From: Nitrospira sp.
GTDB taxonomy: Bacteria > Nitrospirota > Nitrospiria > Nitrospirales > Nitrospiraceae
DNA: 64,000 nucleotides
Direction of reading: 5' to 3'
Assembly (NCBI GenBank): GCA_047150005.1
Contig: AP038806.1
Coordinates: 3,296,001 to 3,360,000, forward strand
Numbering within the stretch: position 1 is the first letter of the stretch; every line of letters begins with the position of its first letter. A program made the position numbers and the translations under genes. Shown here in pieces: positions 46,833-57,784 of this stretch. Below the pieces are notes generated by a model that saw nothing but the letters and a program-made list of their open reading frames with translations, was not told the DNA's origin and did no database searches.

Positions 46833-48338
46833 ATGAAGATGATGACGACATCGTTATTCCGTTCGGCGCGGGGAATCTGTTCCGGCAGCTTGGTCTTGGT
46901 CGTGCTGTTGATCGGGTCGAGCGCCTGTACGATCAACCCGGTCAGCGGATGGCCGGAGTTCACGCTGATCACCGCCGGGCAGGAAAAACAGATCGGCGCG
47001 GAGGAAGCGAAGAAGGTCGAAGATGAAATGGGACTGCTCGATGATCGGGCCTTGGCCGGTTATCTGGATCAGCTCGGACAGCGGTTGGCGAAGGAGTCGC
47101 CGCGCCAGAACCTCGACTATCACTTCTACGCCGTCGATATGATCGAGCCCAATGCCTTCGCGCTTCCCGGGGGCTATATCTACGTCTCACGCGGACTCTT
47201 GGCGCTGGTCAATTCGGAGGATGAGCTGGCTGGAGTCGTCGGACATGAGATCGGCCACGTCGCAGCCCGTCACAGTGTCCAAAAGATTTCGCGCCAAGGG
47301 CCATTTGCGCTGATCACCAACTTCGTATCCGGCGTAACGGGGTTCTTCGTACCGTTGGTCGGCAACATGGTCGGGGGAATCGGTAATTTTGCACAAAGCC
47401 TGGTGTTTTCACCCTACAGCCGGTCGCAGGAATCCGAGGCGGATAAGGTCGGACAGGAAATGGCCGCCAAGGCTGGTTGGAATCCGGAAGGTTTGGCGGC
47501 GTTCCTGAATACGCTGGGGAGAGAAGAATCATTGTTGAATGATGGACCTCGCAGGCCCAGCTTCTTCGATTCGCATCCGGCCACGCCGGATCGAGTCGAA
47601 AAAACGACCAAGTGGGCCAAAGAATTCAAGCAAGCGCCTCGCGATCCGATCACACCCACCCGCAATGCATTCCTGAAACGATTCGACGGCCTCATCGTCG
47701 GCCAGCGGGCCGCCAACGGTATCATCCAGGGCAGCACGTTCCGTCATCCGGACCTGAATTTCTTCGTCGCATTTCCGGATCAATGGCAGGTGGAAAACAC
47801 ACCGGCTCAGCTGGCGTCGGCGCCGAAAGAAGGCAACATGGGCATCCTCATTCGGGCGGTCGGAGAGGGGACCGACCCGATGGACGGCGCCCGTGCGTTG
47901 GAGAAGGCCAGCAAGTCTCCCGTGGTGGACAAGACGCGGCCGACCACGGTGAACGGCCTCCCGGCGGCCAAGGCGAAAATAGGCGATTCCAAGGTCACGG
48001 CGGATATCGCCTGGATCGCGCACGGAGGGCTCATCTATCAGGTAGTCGGCATCACGGAGACGAAGAACTATGACGCGACCCATCCCGTCTTCCGGACCGT
48101 GACCGAGAGTTTCAGACCGCTGCGACCGGAGGAACGGGCTGAGATTCGAGAAAAGCGCTTGCGTCTCGTGGAAGCACGTGCAGGCGAGAGCCTTGAGGCG
48201 CTGGTGGACAGAACAAAATCGAGATGGACGACGAAGCAAGTCGCGGTCGCCAATAATCTCAAGGAGACCGAAGTGCTGCGCGACGGGCAGCTCGTCAAGA
48301 TCACGGTGGAAGAACCGTATGTCGGAAAGCGGAAGTAG
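46833..48338 (+). CDS. M48 family metalloprotease lipoprotein with C-terminal LysM-like domain
   Basis: SSAC lipobox; PNAFALPGG, HEIGH, YSRSQESEAD, SHP. Confidence 0.9.
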   Translation: MKMMTTSLFRSARGICSGSLVLVVLLIGSSACTINPVSGWPEFTLITAGQEKQIGAEEAKKVEDEMGLLDDRALAGYLDQLGQRLAKESPRQNLDYHFYAVDMIEPNAFALPGGYIYVSRGLLALVNSEDELAGVVGHEIGHVAARHSVQKISRQGPFALITNFVSGVTGFFVPLVGNMVGGIGNFAQSLVFSPYSRSQESEADKVGQEMAAKAGWNPEGLAAFLNTLGREESLLNDGPRRPSFFDSHPATPDRVEKTTKWAKEFKQAPRDPITPTRNAFLKRFDGLIVGQRAANGIIQGSTFRHPDLNFFVAFPDQWQVENTPAQLASAPKEGNMGILIRAVGEGTDPMDGARALEKASKSPVVDKTRPTTVNGLPAAKAKIGDSKVTADIAWIAHGGLIYQVVGITETKNYDATHPVFRTVTESFRPLRPEERAEIREKRLRLVEARAGESLEALVDRTKSRWTTKQVAVANNLKETEVLRDGQLVKITVEEPYVGKRK

Positions 48339-48353
48339 GGGAGCCTTCGGGCG

Positions 48354-48800
48354 TCAGCCGGATCCGACCTCCGAAGGCGGCTGCATCGGCGATACGAAGG
48401 TTCGCCCCATCAAGGCTTCACGGACGGCGACCGGAAGATCGGTGGCCAAGCGCGGTTTGACCACATAGCCCATCGCTCCCGCCACAAAAGACTCTTCGAC
48501 AAATTCCGGTTCTTCATGCACCGTCAGGATGACGATCTTCGCGCCCGTGTGCTCACCGGTCAGCAGCCGGGCGGCCTCCAGGCCGTTGAGGGACGGCATC
48601 GAGATATCGACGATCAGCACGTCCGGTTGCAGTTCCGCCGCCGCCTGGATCAGATCGCGGCCGTTCCCTACCGTGCCGACGATATGGAATTCGGGCTCCA
48701 GCACGCGGAGCACCATGTCCAACATGGCCGGGTTGTCGTCGGCCAGCACGATGCGAGGGGATGTCTTGCCGGGGTCAGCCGGTTGGTGAAACGAAGCCAT
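48354..48800 (-). CDS. Stand-alone receiver-domain response regulator (NarL-type receiver)
   Basis: IVLADD, VDISMP, GYVVK; no HTH. Confidence 0.85.
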   Translation of the reverse strand: MASFHQPADPGKTSPRIVLADDNPAMLDMVLRVLEPEFHIVGTVGNGRDLIQAAAELQPDVLIVDISMPSLNGLEAARLLTGEHTGAKIVILTVHEEPEFVEESFVAGAMGYVVKPRLATDLPVAVREALMGRTFVSPMQPPSEVGSG

Positions 48801-48865
48801 CGGGGCAAACTCATTGGGTGGTCGGGACGCACCTGATGTGTACCACCGACAAGGATCGGAGGAAA

Positions 48866-48881
48866 CTGGCAAAACTGACAG
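48866..48881. promoter_or_regulatory. Candidate response-regulator site, copy 1
   Basis: CTGGCA-AAAC-TGACAG; its reverse complement matches 51244-51259 at 14/16. Confidence 0.5.
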
Positions 48882-48891
48882 GGCGGGGATT

Positions 48892-49542
48892 CTACTGACG
48901 CCGAGGCGATGCAGGTATCAGACTCTGTTTTACAGCGAACTGGTACAGTTCGGCGTTGCTCTTCACCTGAAACAGCTCCATGATCCGATACTTATGGAAC
49001 GCGACGGTGCGGGGAGTGACGTCGAGAATGTTCGCCGCTTCCTTCATCGAGTAGCCTTCGGCGAGAAGTTGGAGCACTTCACGCTGGCGCAGCGTCAGTC
49101 GGGTCGGCATCGACCGGCGGTCAGCCTCGACATCGGTCTCGACCATCCCGTCGGCTGCTCTGGAGCCGATGTAGGTCTTGCCGACCATCGCCGCGCGGAT
49201 GGCGTCGGACAATTCTGAGGCGGCAGAGCTCTTGAGGAGATACCCCGAGGCGCCGATGTGGAACGCCTCCATCGTGAGGTCCGGATCTTCGTTCATCGTG
49301 AGGAAGACGAGCTTGACCTCCGGCATCATGGTTTTCAACTGGCGCCCGGCGTCCAAGCCGTTGAGCAAGGGCATGCCGATGTCCAGGACGACGACGTCCG
49401 GACGGAGCGTTCGCGCCGTGAGCAGCAGCGTGCGGCCGTCACCCACGGATCCCACGACGTCGCACTCCGGTTCCAGCAACTTGGTGCAGGCCTCGACGAG
49501 GAGGCGGTGATCATCGGCGAAGAGGACTCGCGGCCGCTGCAT
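48892..49542 (-). CDS. NarL/LuxR family DNA-binding response regulator
   Basis: ADDH, LDIGMP, LTLRQREVLQLLAEG...TVAFHK. Confidence 0.93.
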   Translation of the reverse strand: MQRPRVLFADDHRLLVEACTKLLEPECDVVGSVGDGRTLLLTARTLRPDVVVLDIGMPLLNGLDAGRQLKTMMPEVKLVFLTMNEDPDLTMEAFHIGASGYLLKSSAASELSDAIRAAMVGKTYIGSRAADGMVETDVEADRRSMPTRLTLRQREVLQLLAEGYSMKEAANILDVTPRTVAFHKYRIMELFQVKSNAELYQFAVKQSLIPASPRRQ

Positions 49543-49576
49543 GGCCAGTTCCTTTCCGTAGGCCGCCGGCCGACGG

Positions 49577-51091
49577 CTAGATTGCGATTTGAACGACGAT
49601 TCTGGTTCCCCGGGACGGGAACGACTCGACCGAGATCCGTCCGCCGGCCGTCCGCACCCGTTCCTGCATGCTGATCAGCCCCAACCGGCCTTTGGCCGCC
49701 ACCGCTCGAGGATCGAATCCTGCGCCTGTGTCCGAGACGCACAAATGCAACGCGCCCCGGTCTCCGATCAACTCGAGCTTCCCGTTCCGTACGCCGCTGT
49801 GTTTCACGAGATTGCTCAGCGCTTCTTGCGCGACCCGGAACAGACAGAGCGCGGCTTCCTTGGGGATCGCGCGGGGCACGTCACGGTGCAGACAGTCGAT
49901 GCGCACCGCATGCTGCTCCGACAACTCGCGACACAGTCCGTTGATGGCCGCCACCAGACCCAGGTGTTCGAGCTTCGCCGGATGGAGCCGATGCGACAGC
50001 CGATGGACGTCCGACGCGATTTCCTGCGTCAACTTGTGCAGACCTTCGACCTGTGCCGCCGGGTCGGCACCGGGCGACAGGTTCAGACGCTGCAGACCGA
50101 TGGCCAGCAGCGCCAGCCGCTGGTTCAAATTATCGTGCAACTCCCTGGCGATTCTGCGGCGCTCCTCCTCCTGTACGCCGAGGAGCCGGCCGGTCGTTTC
50201 CTTGAGCGACGCCTCGACGTGCTTGTAATCGGTCATATCGACCATGATGCCGATCAATTCCTTCGTCTGTGGCCCCTCCACAATCACGTGAATTGCATTG
50301 TGCAGCCACACGGTGGACCCTTCGGCTGTGACCATCCGGTAGTCCAGAGTCCGATGCCGCTTTTCCTCTATGGAGTGACGGCAGGAGGCCAAGACCCTCA
50401 ATTGATCGTCGGGATGAAGATGCGTCGCCCAAAAATCCTGTCGATACCATTGCTCGCGGGGATACCCGAGGATGGCCTCCGCCTGCTTGCTGACGAAGGT
50501 GAATCGAAGCGAGGCCGGCTCGGCTTTCCAGACGATCGCTTCCAGAGACTCGATCAGCGATCCGGAGTGCATGTCCGCCAGTTTGCGGGCTGTGATGTCG
50601 TGATGGGTGAGGACCGCTCCCCCTTCCTTTCGTCGGAGCGGGACGGCGGTCACGAAGAACCACTGCGGCCCGGACGGTGAAGGCCACATGTATTCAAATT
50701 CGAATGAGGTCGAGGTACCCGTGAGGATGTTCCGAACCCCGGCCAGGACCTGCGCATCCTGGTATGATCCGGTCCGCGCGGCTTCATGCCATCGATCAAG
50801 GCAATTCATGCCGGTCTCGACGGCGGTGTGAGGGCAGCCTTCATTGGAGCGGGTGAATTCCCGCCAAGCCTCGTTGACCGCGATGACGGTCCCCTGCTCG
50901 TCGAGTACGGCCAGGCGCTGCCCAAGGCTGGCGAGGATCGTCGAGGCCCATTCTTCGCCGGCTTGGCGGGCGGATCTGTCGTCACTGTCCCGAGCAGTAT
51001 CCGGCCGCGGACCGGGCTGCGTCGAGGGAAAACATGCCGAGCGATTGGCAGCGAGCGCTGCCGCTTGCCGGCGATATGCGGTGACGCCCAT
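49577..51091 (-). CDS. Cytoplasmic PAS-PAS histidine kinase (HisKA_3)
   Basis: Two PAS/PAC domains, EERRRIARELHD, QEALSNLVKHS, GLISMQER. Confidence 0.92.
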   Translation of the reverse strand: MGVTAYRRQAAALAANRSACFPSTQPGPRPDTARDSDDRSARQAGEEWASTILASLGQRLAVLDEQGTVIAVNEAWREFTRSNEGCPHTAVETGMNCLDRWHEAARTGSYQDAQVLAGVRNILTGTSTSFEFEYMWPSPSGPQWFFVTAVPLRRKEGGAVLTHHDITARKLADMHSGSLIESLEAIVWKAEPASLRFTFVSKQAEAILGYPREQWYRQDFWATHLHPDDQLRVLASCRHSIEEKRHRTLDYRMVTAEGSTVWLHNAIHVIVEGPQTKELIGIMVDMTDYKHVEASLKETTGRLLGVQEEERRRIARELHDNLNQRLALLAIGLQRLNLSPGADPAAQVEGLHKLTQEIASDVHRLSHRLHPAKLEHLGLVAAINGLCRELSEQHAVRIDCLHRDVPRAIPKEAALCLFRVAQEALSNLVKHSGVRNGKLELIGDRGALHLCVSDTGAGFDPRAVAAKGRLGLISMQERVRTAGGRISVESFPSRGTRIVVQIAI

Positions 51092-51243
51092 TGATCAACC
51101 CCCGTCGATCAACCCGTTCCCTTGCGCGGCGCCTCAGGTGGAATGAGGTGACACCAATGTGTCAGGGCAAGGTGAGGCCAAGCATGACCAACTCATGTCG
51201 GGCAGTCAAGAGAGAACCCGTAGGAATATTCTTCTTCCCCCTC

Positions 51244-51316
51244 CTGTCAGATTTGACAGTATTCCGCCGCCGACCACCCCTGTATAAAGTAGCCAAATAA
51301 TGTTGTAAATTTGGCT
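51244..51316. promoter_or_regulatory. Two palindromes in the divergent promoter region
   Basis: CTGTCA-GATT-TGACAG (51244-59) and AGCCAAAT-N10-ATTTGGCT (51291-316). Confidence 0.55.
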
Positions 51317-51397
51317 CTTGTCTGGGCTGGATGTTGCACAATGCCGACTCCTGTCGGCCAGGCAAGTGTGCCGACCGGTCCGGAGGATCTGCATATT

Positions 51398-52918
51398 ATG
51401 GAGGGGCGGAACGTGGAATCACAGGGGAACGCTTTCGGCATCGTGCGCATGGGTCGGGGACCGGGAAGACGCGTTGTGGAATGGCCGTTGAGCCTGCGCG
51501 GCATGGTGGTGGCGGCTGCATCCCTTGTCATCCTCGGGGGCCTGCCGGCCAAGGCCGACGACTATCTCGACATTCCCAAGCCGACCGACAAACTTGCGCC
51601 GCCGCCTCCTCCGCCGCAGGTCGGGGCGTCCGTCCTTTCTATCCCTGCCAAGGTATCGCTCCACGACTTGCTCGTCATCGCGGCGGATTCCTTTCCCGAA
51701 GTCATCGAGAACGAGGGGGAATGGCACGAGGGGCCGTCCATCGAAGGCCAGCCTCCCTTCCAGTGGCAGTACCGGCTCCATCGAGGCCCGGTTCAGGTGC
51801 AGGTCGAGAACAATGAATTGGAGATGCTGTTTCCCGACATCCGATATCGAATCGCCGTACGAGGCATCAAATCGAGCGGGGAGATCGAAGATTCCATCTG
51901 CGGATACAAGCCGGATGAGCCTCGACACATGAGCATGAAAGGCCGGTCGCACCTGCAATGGGCCGATGACTGGACGGTACGCTCGACCACGAAGTTCGAG
52001 GAGCCGGTTTTCCCGGATCCCTGTGCCTCGACGGCTGCGGGCGCCGACGTCAGCGCGATCGTGAAGACGACGGTGCAGTCGAGGCTTCCCGTGCTGAGCA
52101 AGAAGATCGACGACAGGATTCAGGAGGGCAGCCGGCAGCGCCGTGGAGTAGAAAAAGCCTGGCGAACGTTGCTGGCGCCGACCGAGCTGGCGCCGGAACT
52201 GTGGCTGAATTTGCGACCGGGAACCATCGAAGCCGGACCCATCATGGGAAACGAGGATCAGCAGGTCGTGGCTTCGCTCAATCTGCTGCTGGAGCCGATC
52301 GTCACAAGCGGGGCGATGCCGTCCGTCGGGGAGCGGCCCCTGCCTCCGCTCCAATTGGCGACCAGCGCGCCCGACGGCTTCCATCTCGCGATGCCGATGA
52401 TGGTGGACTATGACTGGATCAATGTCAGGGTCCGGCGGCAGCTCGTCGGACAGACGATCCCGATGAGGCTCGGCGACCCGGTCTCCATCACCTCCGCGCG
52501 GCTGTACGGCAGCGGAGCGAACCTGATTCTGGCTCTGGGGGTGACCGGAAGCGTGAAGGGGACGCTCTATGCCGCAGGGAAACCGGTGATCGACCCTTCC
52601 ACACACGTCCTCAAGTTCGACGGATTCGACTTCACCATGGATACGCGCAACATTCTCGTCCGCACGGCCAATTGGCTGCTGCGGGACCAAATCCTGGAGA
52701 CCATCGAGCCGCAGACCCGGGTCGACCTCTCCGAACAGATTGCCTCGATGCGTCGCGCGTTGGACAAGGTTCTGCATCGTGAAGTGCTGCCCGGAGGTTG
52801 GCTCAACGGGGCCGTGACCAAGGTCGAGCCGAAGGGCATCTATCCGATCGAGGGAGGAGTGGAAGCGCAGATCGTCGCCGACGGAACGATCGAGCTCTTG
52901 CTACCGCCGGCACGATGA
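51398..52918 (+). CDS. DUF4403-family exported protein
   Basis: ~500 aa, signal-like segment, LWLNLRP, GSVKGTLYAAGKPVID, TANWL; start uncertain. Confidence 0.7.
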   Translation: MEGRNVESQGNAFGIVRMGRGPGRRVVEWPLSLRGMVVAAASLVILGGLPAKADDYLDIPKPTDKLAPPPPPPQVGASVLSIPAKVSLHDLLVIAADSFPEVIENEGEWHEGPSIEGQPPFQWQYRLHRGPVQVQVENNELEMLFPDIRYRIAVRGIKSSGEIEDSICGYKPDEPRHMSMKGRSHLQWADDWTVRSTTKFEEPVFPDPCASTAAGADVSAIVKTTVQSRLPVLSKKIDDRIQEGSRQRRGVEKAWRTLLAPTELAPELWLNLRPGTIEAGPIMGNEDQQVVASLNLLLEPIVTSGAMPSVGERPLPPLQLATSAPDGFHLAMPMMVDYDWINVRVRRQLVGQTIPMRLGDPVSITSARLYGSGANLILALGVTGSVKGTLYAAGKPVIDPSTHVLKFDGFDFTMDTRNILVRTANWLLRDQILETIEPQTRVDLSEQIASMRRALDKVLHREVLPGGWLNGAVTKVEPKGIYPIEGGVEAQIVADGTIELLLPPAR

Positions 52919-52977
52919 GCCGTTGTCGCGGTCCAGCGGGTCTGGTACTCTTCCCCCCTCACAAAGGAGTCTCCTCC

Positions 52978-53376
52978 GTGATCTTCTCGAACGTGTCCGC
53001 CGTTGTGTTGGCGACGGCCTACGTCTTTTCGACGGCCACGGGACTGGCCGGTCAGGAAATGGAGCCGGATGTCGAGGCCTTGGCCTCGTCCGCGATCACG
53101 ATGAAGGAAGTGATCGGCTTCATCGCGGGGTTCGGGACCACCTTTGCGGCGGTACCGGACCTGATCGTCATGTTCAGGCGCCGGTCCACCGTTGGGATGA
53201 ATCCAACGATGGCGGCCATCATGGGCACGTTTCAATTCGTCTGGGTCTACTACGGGCTCCTGATCGCCTCCAGACCGGTCATCATGTGGAACGTCGTCGC
53301 GGTCGTGATCAATTTCATCATGGTCGGAGCCTACTACCATTTTCTCCGCGGCGAACGGGCGCAAGCCAAAGGGTGA
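52978..53376 (+). CDS. SemiSWEET/PQ-loop-like transporter with N-terminal extension
   Basis: IGFIAGFGTTFAAVPD, WVYYGLLIASRPVIMWN; GTG start after AAGGAG. Confidence 0.78.
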   Translation: MIFSNVSAVVLATAYVFSTATGLAGQEMEPDVEALASSAITMKEVIGFIAGFGTTFAAVPDLIVMFRRRSTVGMNPTMAAIMGTFQFVWVYYGLLIASRPVIMWNVVAVVINFIMVGAYYHFLRGERAQAKG

Positions 53377-53385
53377 CGGAGGCGC

Positions 53386-55032
53386 ATGGCACTTTCTCCA
53401 TTGGCGGGCAAGCCGGCTCCCGGCGACATGTTGATCGATGTGGCCGAGCTCGAACGGCAGTATGAGGCACGCAGGCCAGACGTCGATGATGGTAACCAGT
53501 TGGTGAGTTTCGGCACCAGCGGACACCGCGGCTCGCCGTTGCGCGGTTCGTTCACTGAAGCCCACATTCTGGCCATCACCCAAGCCATCTGCGAATTTCG
53601 CCTGCGGCAGGGAACGGACGGGCCCCTGTTCATGGGGAAGGATACACATGCTCTGTCGATGCCGGCTGAACGCACCGCACTGGAAGTTCTCGCGGCCAAT
53701 CGGATCGAGACCGTCATCCAGCCTCAGGACGGAGTGACGCCGACCCCGGTCGTGTCGCGGGCGATTCTCTCGTACAATCGGAACCGCTCGGCCCATCTGG
53801 CCGACGGCATTGTCGTCACGCCATCACACAATCCCCCGCAGGACGGCGGATTCAAGTACAACCCTTCCACCGGTGGGCCGGCCGACACGGATGTCACCAC
53901 CTGGATTCAGGATCGGGCCAACGCCTTGCTTCGGGCCGGCAACGCGGACGTAAAGCGCATGCCGTTCGAACGGGCGATCAAGGCGACGACCACGCATCAG
54001 GAGGATTTCATCCTGCCGTATGTGCGGGACCTGAGCCATGTGCTGGACATGGAGGCGATCCACGGAGCCGGCATCCGGATCGGTGTGGATCCACTCGGTG
54101 GAGCCGGTGCTCCATATTGGGAGCCGATCGCCGCTCTCTACAAGCTGAACCTGACCGTGGTGAATCCGACGATCGACCCGACGTTCGGATTCATGAGTGT
54201 CGATCATGACGGCAAGATCAGAATGGACTGCTCGAGCCCCTATGCGATGGCGGGCTTGGTCGGGCTGAAAGATCGATATCGGATCGCGTTCGCCAATGAT
54301 CCGGACTCGGACCGTCACGGGATCGTGACGCCCGCAGCCGGCCTGCTGAATCCCAATCATTACCTGGCCGTGGCGATTCACTATCTGCTGACCCATCGCC
54401 CCTTGTGGAACGCGCAGGCCGGCGTGGGGAAGACGCTGGTCAGCAGCAGCCTGATCGACCGGGTGACCAAGCGGTTGGGCCGGCGGCTGTACGAAACTCC
54501 GGTCGGGTTCAAATGGTTCGTCTCCGGACTGTTCGACGGGTCCTGTTGTTTCGGCGGGGAAGAGAGCGCCGGGGCGAGCTTCCTCAGAAAGGACGGGACC
54601 GTGTGGACCACGGACAAGGATGGTTTGATCATGAACCTGCTTGCGGTCGAGATGACGGCCCGCACGGGCCGGGATCCGGGAGAACTCTACCGGGAATTGA
54701 CGAAGGAGTGCGGGGCCCCGAGCTATACGCGGATCGACGCCCCGGCCACGCCGGAGCAGAAAGCCAGGCTCGGCAAGCTTTCACCGGAGGCCGTGACGGC
54801 CACGATGCTGGCCGGCGAGCCGATCACGGCGAAACTGACCAGGGCCCCCGGCAACGATGCTCCGATTGGCGGCCTCAAGGTCGTCACCGACAACGGATGG
54901 TTCGCTGCGCGCCCGTCCGGGACGGAGCATATCTATAAGATCTACGCCGAAAGTTTTCGCGACGACCGCCATCTCGTCGCGATCGTGAATGACGCCCAAC
55001 AGATCGTGGACAGGGCGTTGGCGGCAGGCTGA
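53386..55032 (+). CDS. pgm: Phosphoglucomutase (glucose-1,6-bisphosphate dependent)
   Basis: [36 protein letters not shown]. Confidence 0.96.
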   Translation: MALSPLAGKPAPGDMLIDVAELERQYEARRPDVDDGNQLVSFGTSGHRGSPLRGSFTEAHILAITQAICEFRLRQGTDGPLFMGKDTHALSMPAERTALEVLAANRIETVIQPQDGVTPTPVVSRAILSYNRNRSAHLADGIVVTPSHNPPQDGGFKYNPSTGGPADTDVTTWIQDRANALLRAGNADVKRMPFERAIKATTTHQEDFILPYVRDLSHVLDMEAIHGAGIRIGVDPLGGAGAPYWEPIAALYKLNLTVVNPTIDPTFGFMSVDHDGKIRMDCSSPYAMAGLVGLKDRYRIAFANDPDSDRHGIVTPAAGLLNPNHYLAVAIHYLLTHRPLWNAQAGVGKTLVSSSLIDRVTKRLGRRLYETPVGFKWFVSGLFDGSCCFGGEESAGASFLRKDGTVWTTDKDGLIMNLLAVEMTARTGRDPGELYRELTKECGAPSYTRIDAPATPEQKARLGKLSPEAVTATMLAGEPITAKLTRAPGNDAPIGGLKVVTDNGWFAARPSGTEHIYKIYAESFRDDRHLVAIVNDAQQIVDRALAAG

Positions 55033-55104
55033 TCCGGAGCGGAGGTCGGAGATGGTGCGAGTCCGGAACGAATCGCAATGTCATAGAGAGGGAGAACCGG
55101 CGTC

Positions 55105-56748
55105 ATGGCGACTACGATCCCATCCTTGACCGCGCGCCCGACTTGGAAAGCTCTCGAGGCTCATCACCGGACGCTCCGCGATGTCCACCTCCGGACGTTG
55201 TTCGCGAACGATCCCGGACGGGGCGAGAATCTGACGGCCGAAGCGGCCGGAGTCTTTCTCGATTACTCCAAGAACCGCATCACCGGCGACACGCTCGAGC
55301 TGCTGGTTCGGCTGGCGGAAGAATGCGGCTTGCGCCGGCGGATCGAGGCCATGTTCCGCGGCGAGCGGATCAATGAAACCGAAGGCCGTGCCGTGCTGCA
55401 TGTGGCGCTGCGCATGCCCAAAGGCTCGTCCATCGTGTTGGACGGAGTGAACGTCGTGGCCCAGGTTCATGCCGTGCTGGACCGGATGGCCGGATTCTGC
55501 ACCGCCGTTCGGAGCGGGGCCTGGAAGGGGCACACGGGAAAACGCATCCGGGCCGTCGTCAACGTCGGTATCGGCGGCTCAGATCTGGGCCCGGTGATGG
55601 CTTATGAGGCGCTGCGGCATTACAGCGACCGGGACATGACCTTCCGGTTCGTCTCCAATATCGACGGCACGGACTTCGTCGAAGCGGTGCGTGATCTCGA
55701 TCCGGCACAGACGCTCTTCATCATCTCATCCAAGACCTTCACCACGTTGGAAACCATGACGAATGCGCATAGCGCCCGCGCCTGGCTGCTGGCCGGTCTG
55801 GGCGGTGACGCCAAGGCCGTCGCCAAACATTGCGTGGCGGTGTCGACCAATACGGCGGAGGTGTCGAAGTTCGGCATCGATCCGGCCAACATGTTTGAAT
55901 TCTGGGACTGGGTCGGAGGGCGGTACTCGATGGATTCGGCGATCGGTCTCTCGACCATGCTGGCCGTCGGCCCCGAGCAGTTCCACGCCATGCTCTCCGG
56001 GTTTCACCAGATGGACGAGCATTTCCGCACCGCGCCGTTCCGGCAGAATCTGCCGGTGTTGATGGGGTTGCTCGCGGTCTGGAACGGTAATTTCTTCGAT
56101 GCGGATACGGTGGCGGTACTGCCGTATGATCAGTATCTGAAGCGGTTTCCGGCGTATCTTCAACAGTTGACGATGGAGAGCAACGGCAAGCATGTGACGC
56201 TGGAGGGGGTCACGACGACGTACCAAACCGGCGCCGTCTACTGGGGCGAGCCGGGCACCAACGGGCAACACTCGTTCTACCAGTTGATCCATCAGGGGAC
56301 GAAGCTGATCCCCTGTGACTTCATCGCCTGCATGAAGCCGCTCAATCCGCTGGGACGGCACCATGATCTTCTGATCGCGAACGTGTTTGCACAAAGCGAG
56401 GCGCTGGCGTTCGGCAAGACCGCGGACGAGGTCCGGGCGGAAGGCACGCCCGACCGACTCGTGCCCCACCGGGTCTTCGAGGGAAACAGGCCCTCCAATA
56501 CGATTCTGCTGGAGCGACTGACTCCTGAGGCCCTGGGTAAGCTCGTGGCCTTGTACGAACATTCCGTTTTTACGCAAGGAGCGGTGTGGGGGATCAACTG
56601 TTTCGATCAGTGGGGCGTCGAACTCGGCAAAGCGCTGGCTCAGCGCATCGCCCCCGAATTGGAACGCTCGGAGGCACCGGCGCCTGCCCACGACAGCTCG
56701 ACCAACCATCTCATCCGTCGGTATCGAGCCGCGAAGACATCGGCGTAG
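55105..56748 (+). CDS. pgi: Glucose-6-phosphate isomerase
   Basis: [37 protein letters not shown]. Confidence 0.97.
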   Translation: MATTIPSLTARPTWKALEAHHRTLRDVHLRTLFANDPGRGENLTAEAAGVFLDYSKNRITGDTLELLVRLAEECGLRRRIEAMFRGERINETEGRAVLHVALRMPKGSSIVLDGVNVVAQVHAVLDRMAGFCTAVRSGAWKGHTGKRIRAVVNVGIGGSDLGPVMAYEALRHYSDRDMTFRFVSNIDGTDFVEAVRDLDPAQTLFIISSKTFTTLETMTNAHSARAWLLAGLGGDAKAVAKHCVAVSTNTAEVSKFGIDPANMFEFWDWVGGRYSMDSAIGLSTMLAVGPEQFHAMLSGFHQMDEHFRTAPFRQNLPVLMGLLAVWNGNFFDADTVAVLPYDQYLKRFPAYLQQLTMESNGKHVTLEGVTTTYQTGAVYWGEPGTNGQHSFYQLIHQGTKLIPCDFIACMKPLNPLGRHHDLLIANVFAQSEALAFGKTADEVRAEGTPDRLVPHRVFEGNRPSNTILLERLTPEALGKLVALYEHSVFTQGAVWGINCFDQWGVELGKALAQRIAPELERSEAPAPAHDSSTNHLIRRYRAAKTSA

Positions 56749-56757
56749 CGCGGAGAC

Positions 56758-57735
56758 ATGACGTTCTCGATGCGACCGAAAAGAGGCAAGCCGATCGAAC
56801 ACCCTGAGCGCGGCGGGATTGCCGTATGGACTCGAGGCGTGACCGCGATTCTGTGCGGCTCGATCCTCTTGCTCGGTCAGGCGCCGATCCGGGCGGAGGA
56901 CAGTGTTGTGGCGCCGGGAGCGATGCTGCAAAAACTGGCCGGCGACTTTGAATTCACGGAAGGGCCGACCTGCGATGCCGAGGGCAACGTCTTTTTCACC
57001 GATCAACCCAACGATCGAATCATGCGGTGGAACGCGGAAGGCGGTCTCTCGACTTTCCTGCAGCCGGCCGGGCGCGCCAACGGCATGTATTTCGACTTCA
57101 AGGGGAACCTCATCGCCTGTGCCGACGAGAAAAATGCGCTCTGGTCCATCGGTCCGGACCGTCAGGTCACGGTCATGCTCAGCGAGTATCGCGGAAAATC
57201 GCTCAACGGCCCGAACGATGTCTGGGTCCGTGCCGACGGGGCGCTCTATTTCACCGATCCGTTCTATCGTCGCCGCTGGTGGAAGCATGACAAGATGCCG
57301 CAGGACGGCCAGCACGTCTACTTTCTCTCAGCCGATCGCCAACAACTGGTGCGGGTGACGGACGATCTGCAGCAACCCAACGGCCTCATCGGGACGCCGG
57401 ACGGAAAAACGCTCTATGTGGCGGATATCGGCGCAGGCAAGACCTATCGATACGACATTGAGCAGGACGGGGGATTGAGCGGAAAGAGAGTAATCGCCGA
57501 GTACGGCTCCGACGGCATGACGTTGGATGAGGAAGGCCGTCTCTACCTGACCGGTGACGGCGTTCGGGTGCTGGACCGCGACGGGCGGCAGATCGAGCAG
57601 ATCGCGGTACCGGGCGAAGCCTGGACCGCAAACGTCGGCTTTTGCGGACGGGACCGGCGCACGTTGTTCATCACGGCGAGCAAAGGACTGTACGGGATCA
57701 AGCTGCGCGTCAGCGGGGCAAACGGAGCGAAGTGA
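56758..57735 (+). CDS. SMP-30/gluconolactonase family exported protein
   Basis: FTEGP, NGPND, PNGL, SDGMTLD; signal-like segment. Confidence 0.9.
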   Translation: MTFSMRPKRGKPIEHPERGGIAVWTRGVTAILCGSILLLGQAPIRAEDSVVAPGAMLQKLAGDFEFTEGPTCDAEGNVFFTDQPNDRIMRWNAEGGLSTFLQPAGRANGMYFDFKGNLIACADEKNALWSIGPDRQVTVMLSEYRGKSLNGPNDVWVRADGALYFTDPFYRRRWWKHDKMPQDGQHVYFLSADRQQLVRVTDDLQQPNGLIGTPDGKTLYVADIGAGKTYRYDIEQDGGLSGKRVIAEYGSDGMTLDEEGRLYLTGDGVRVLDRDGRQIEQIAVPGEAWTANVGFCGRDRRTLFITASKGLYGIKLRVSGANGAK

Positions 57736-57784
57736 TGAACGCCACCGCCGGTCGGCAGGACGTCCATCGAATGAGTGATTGGTG

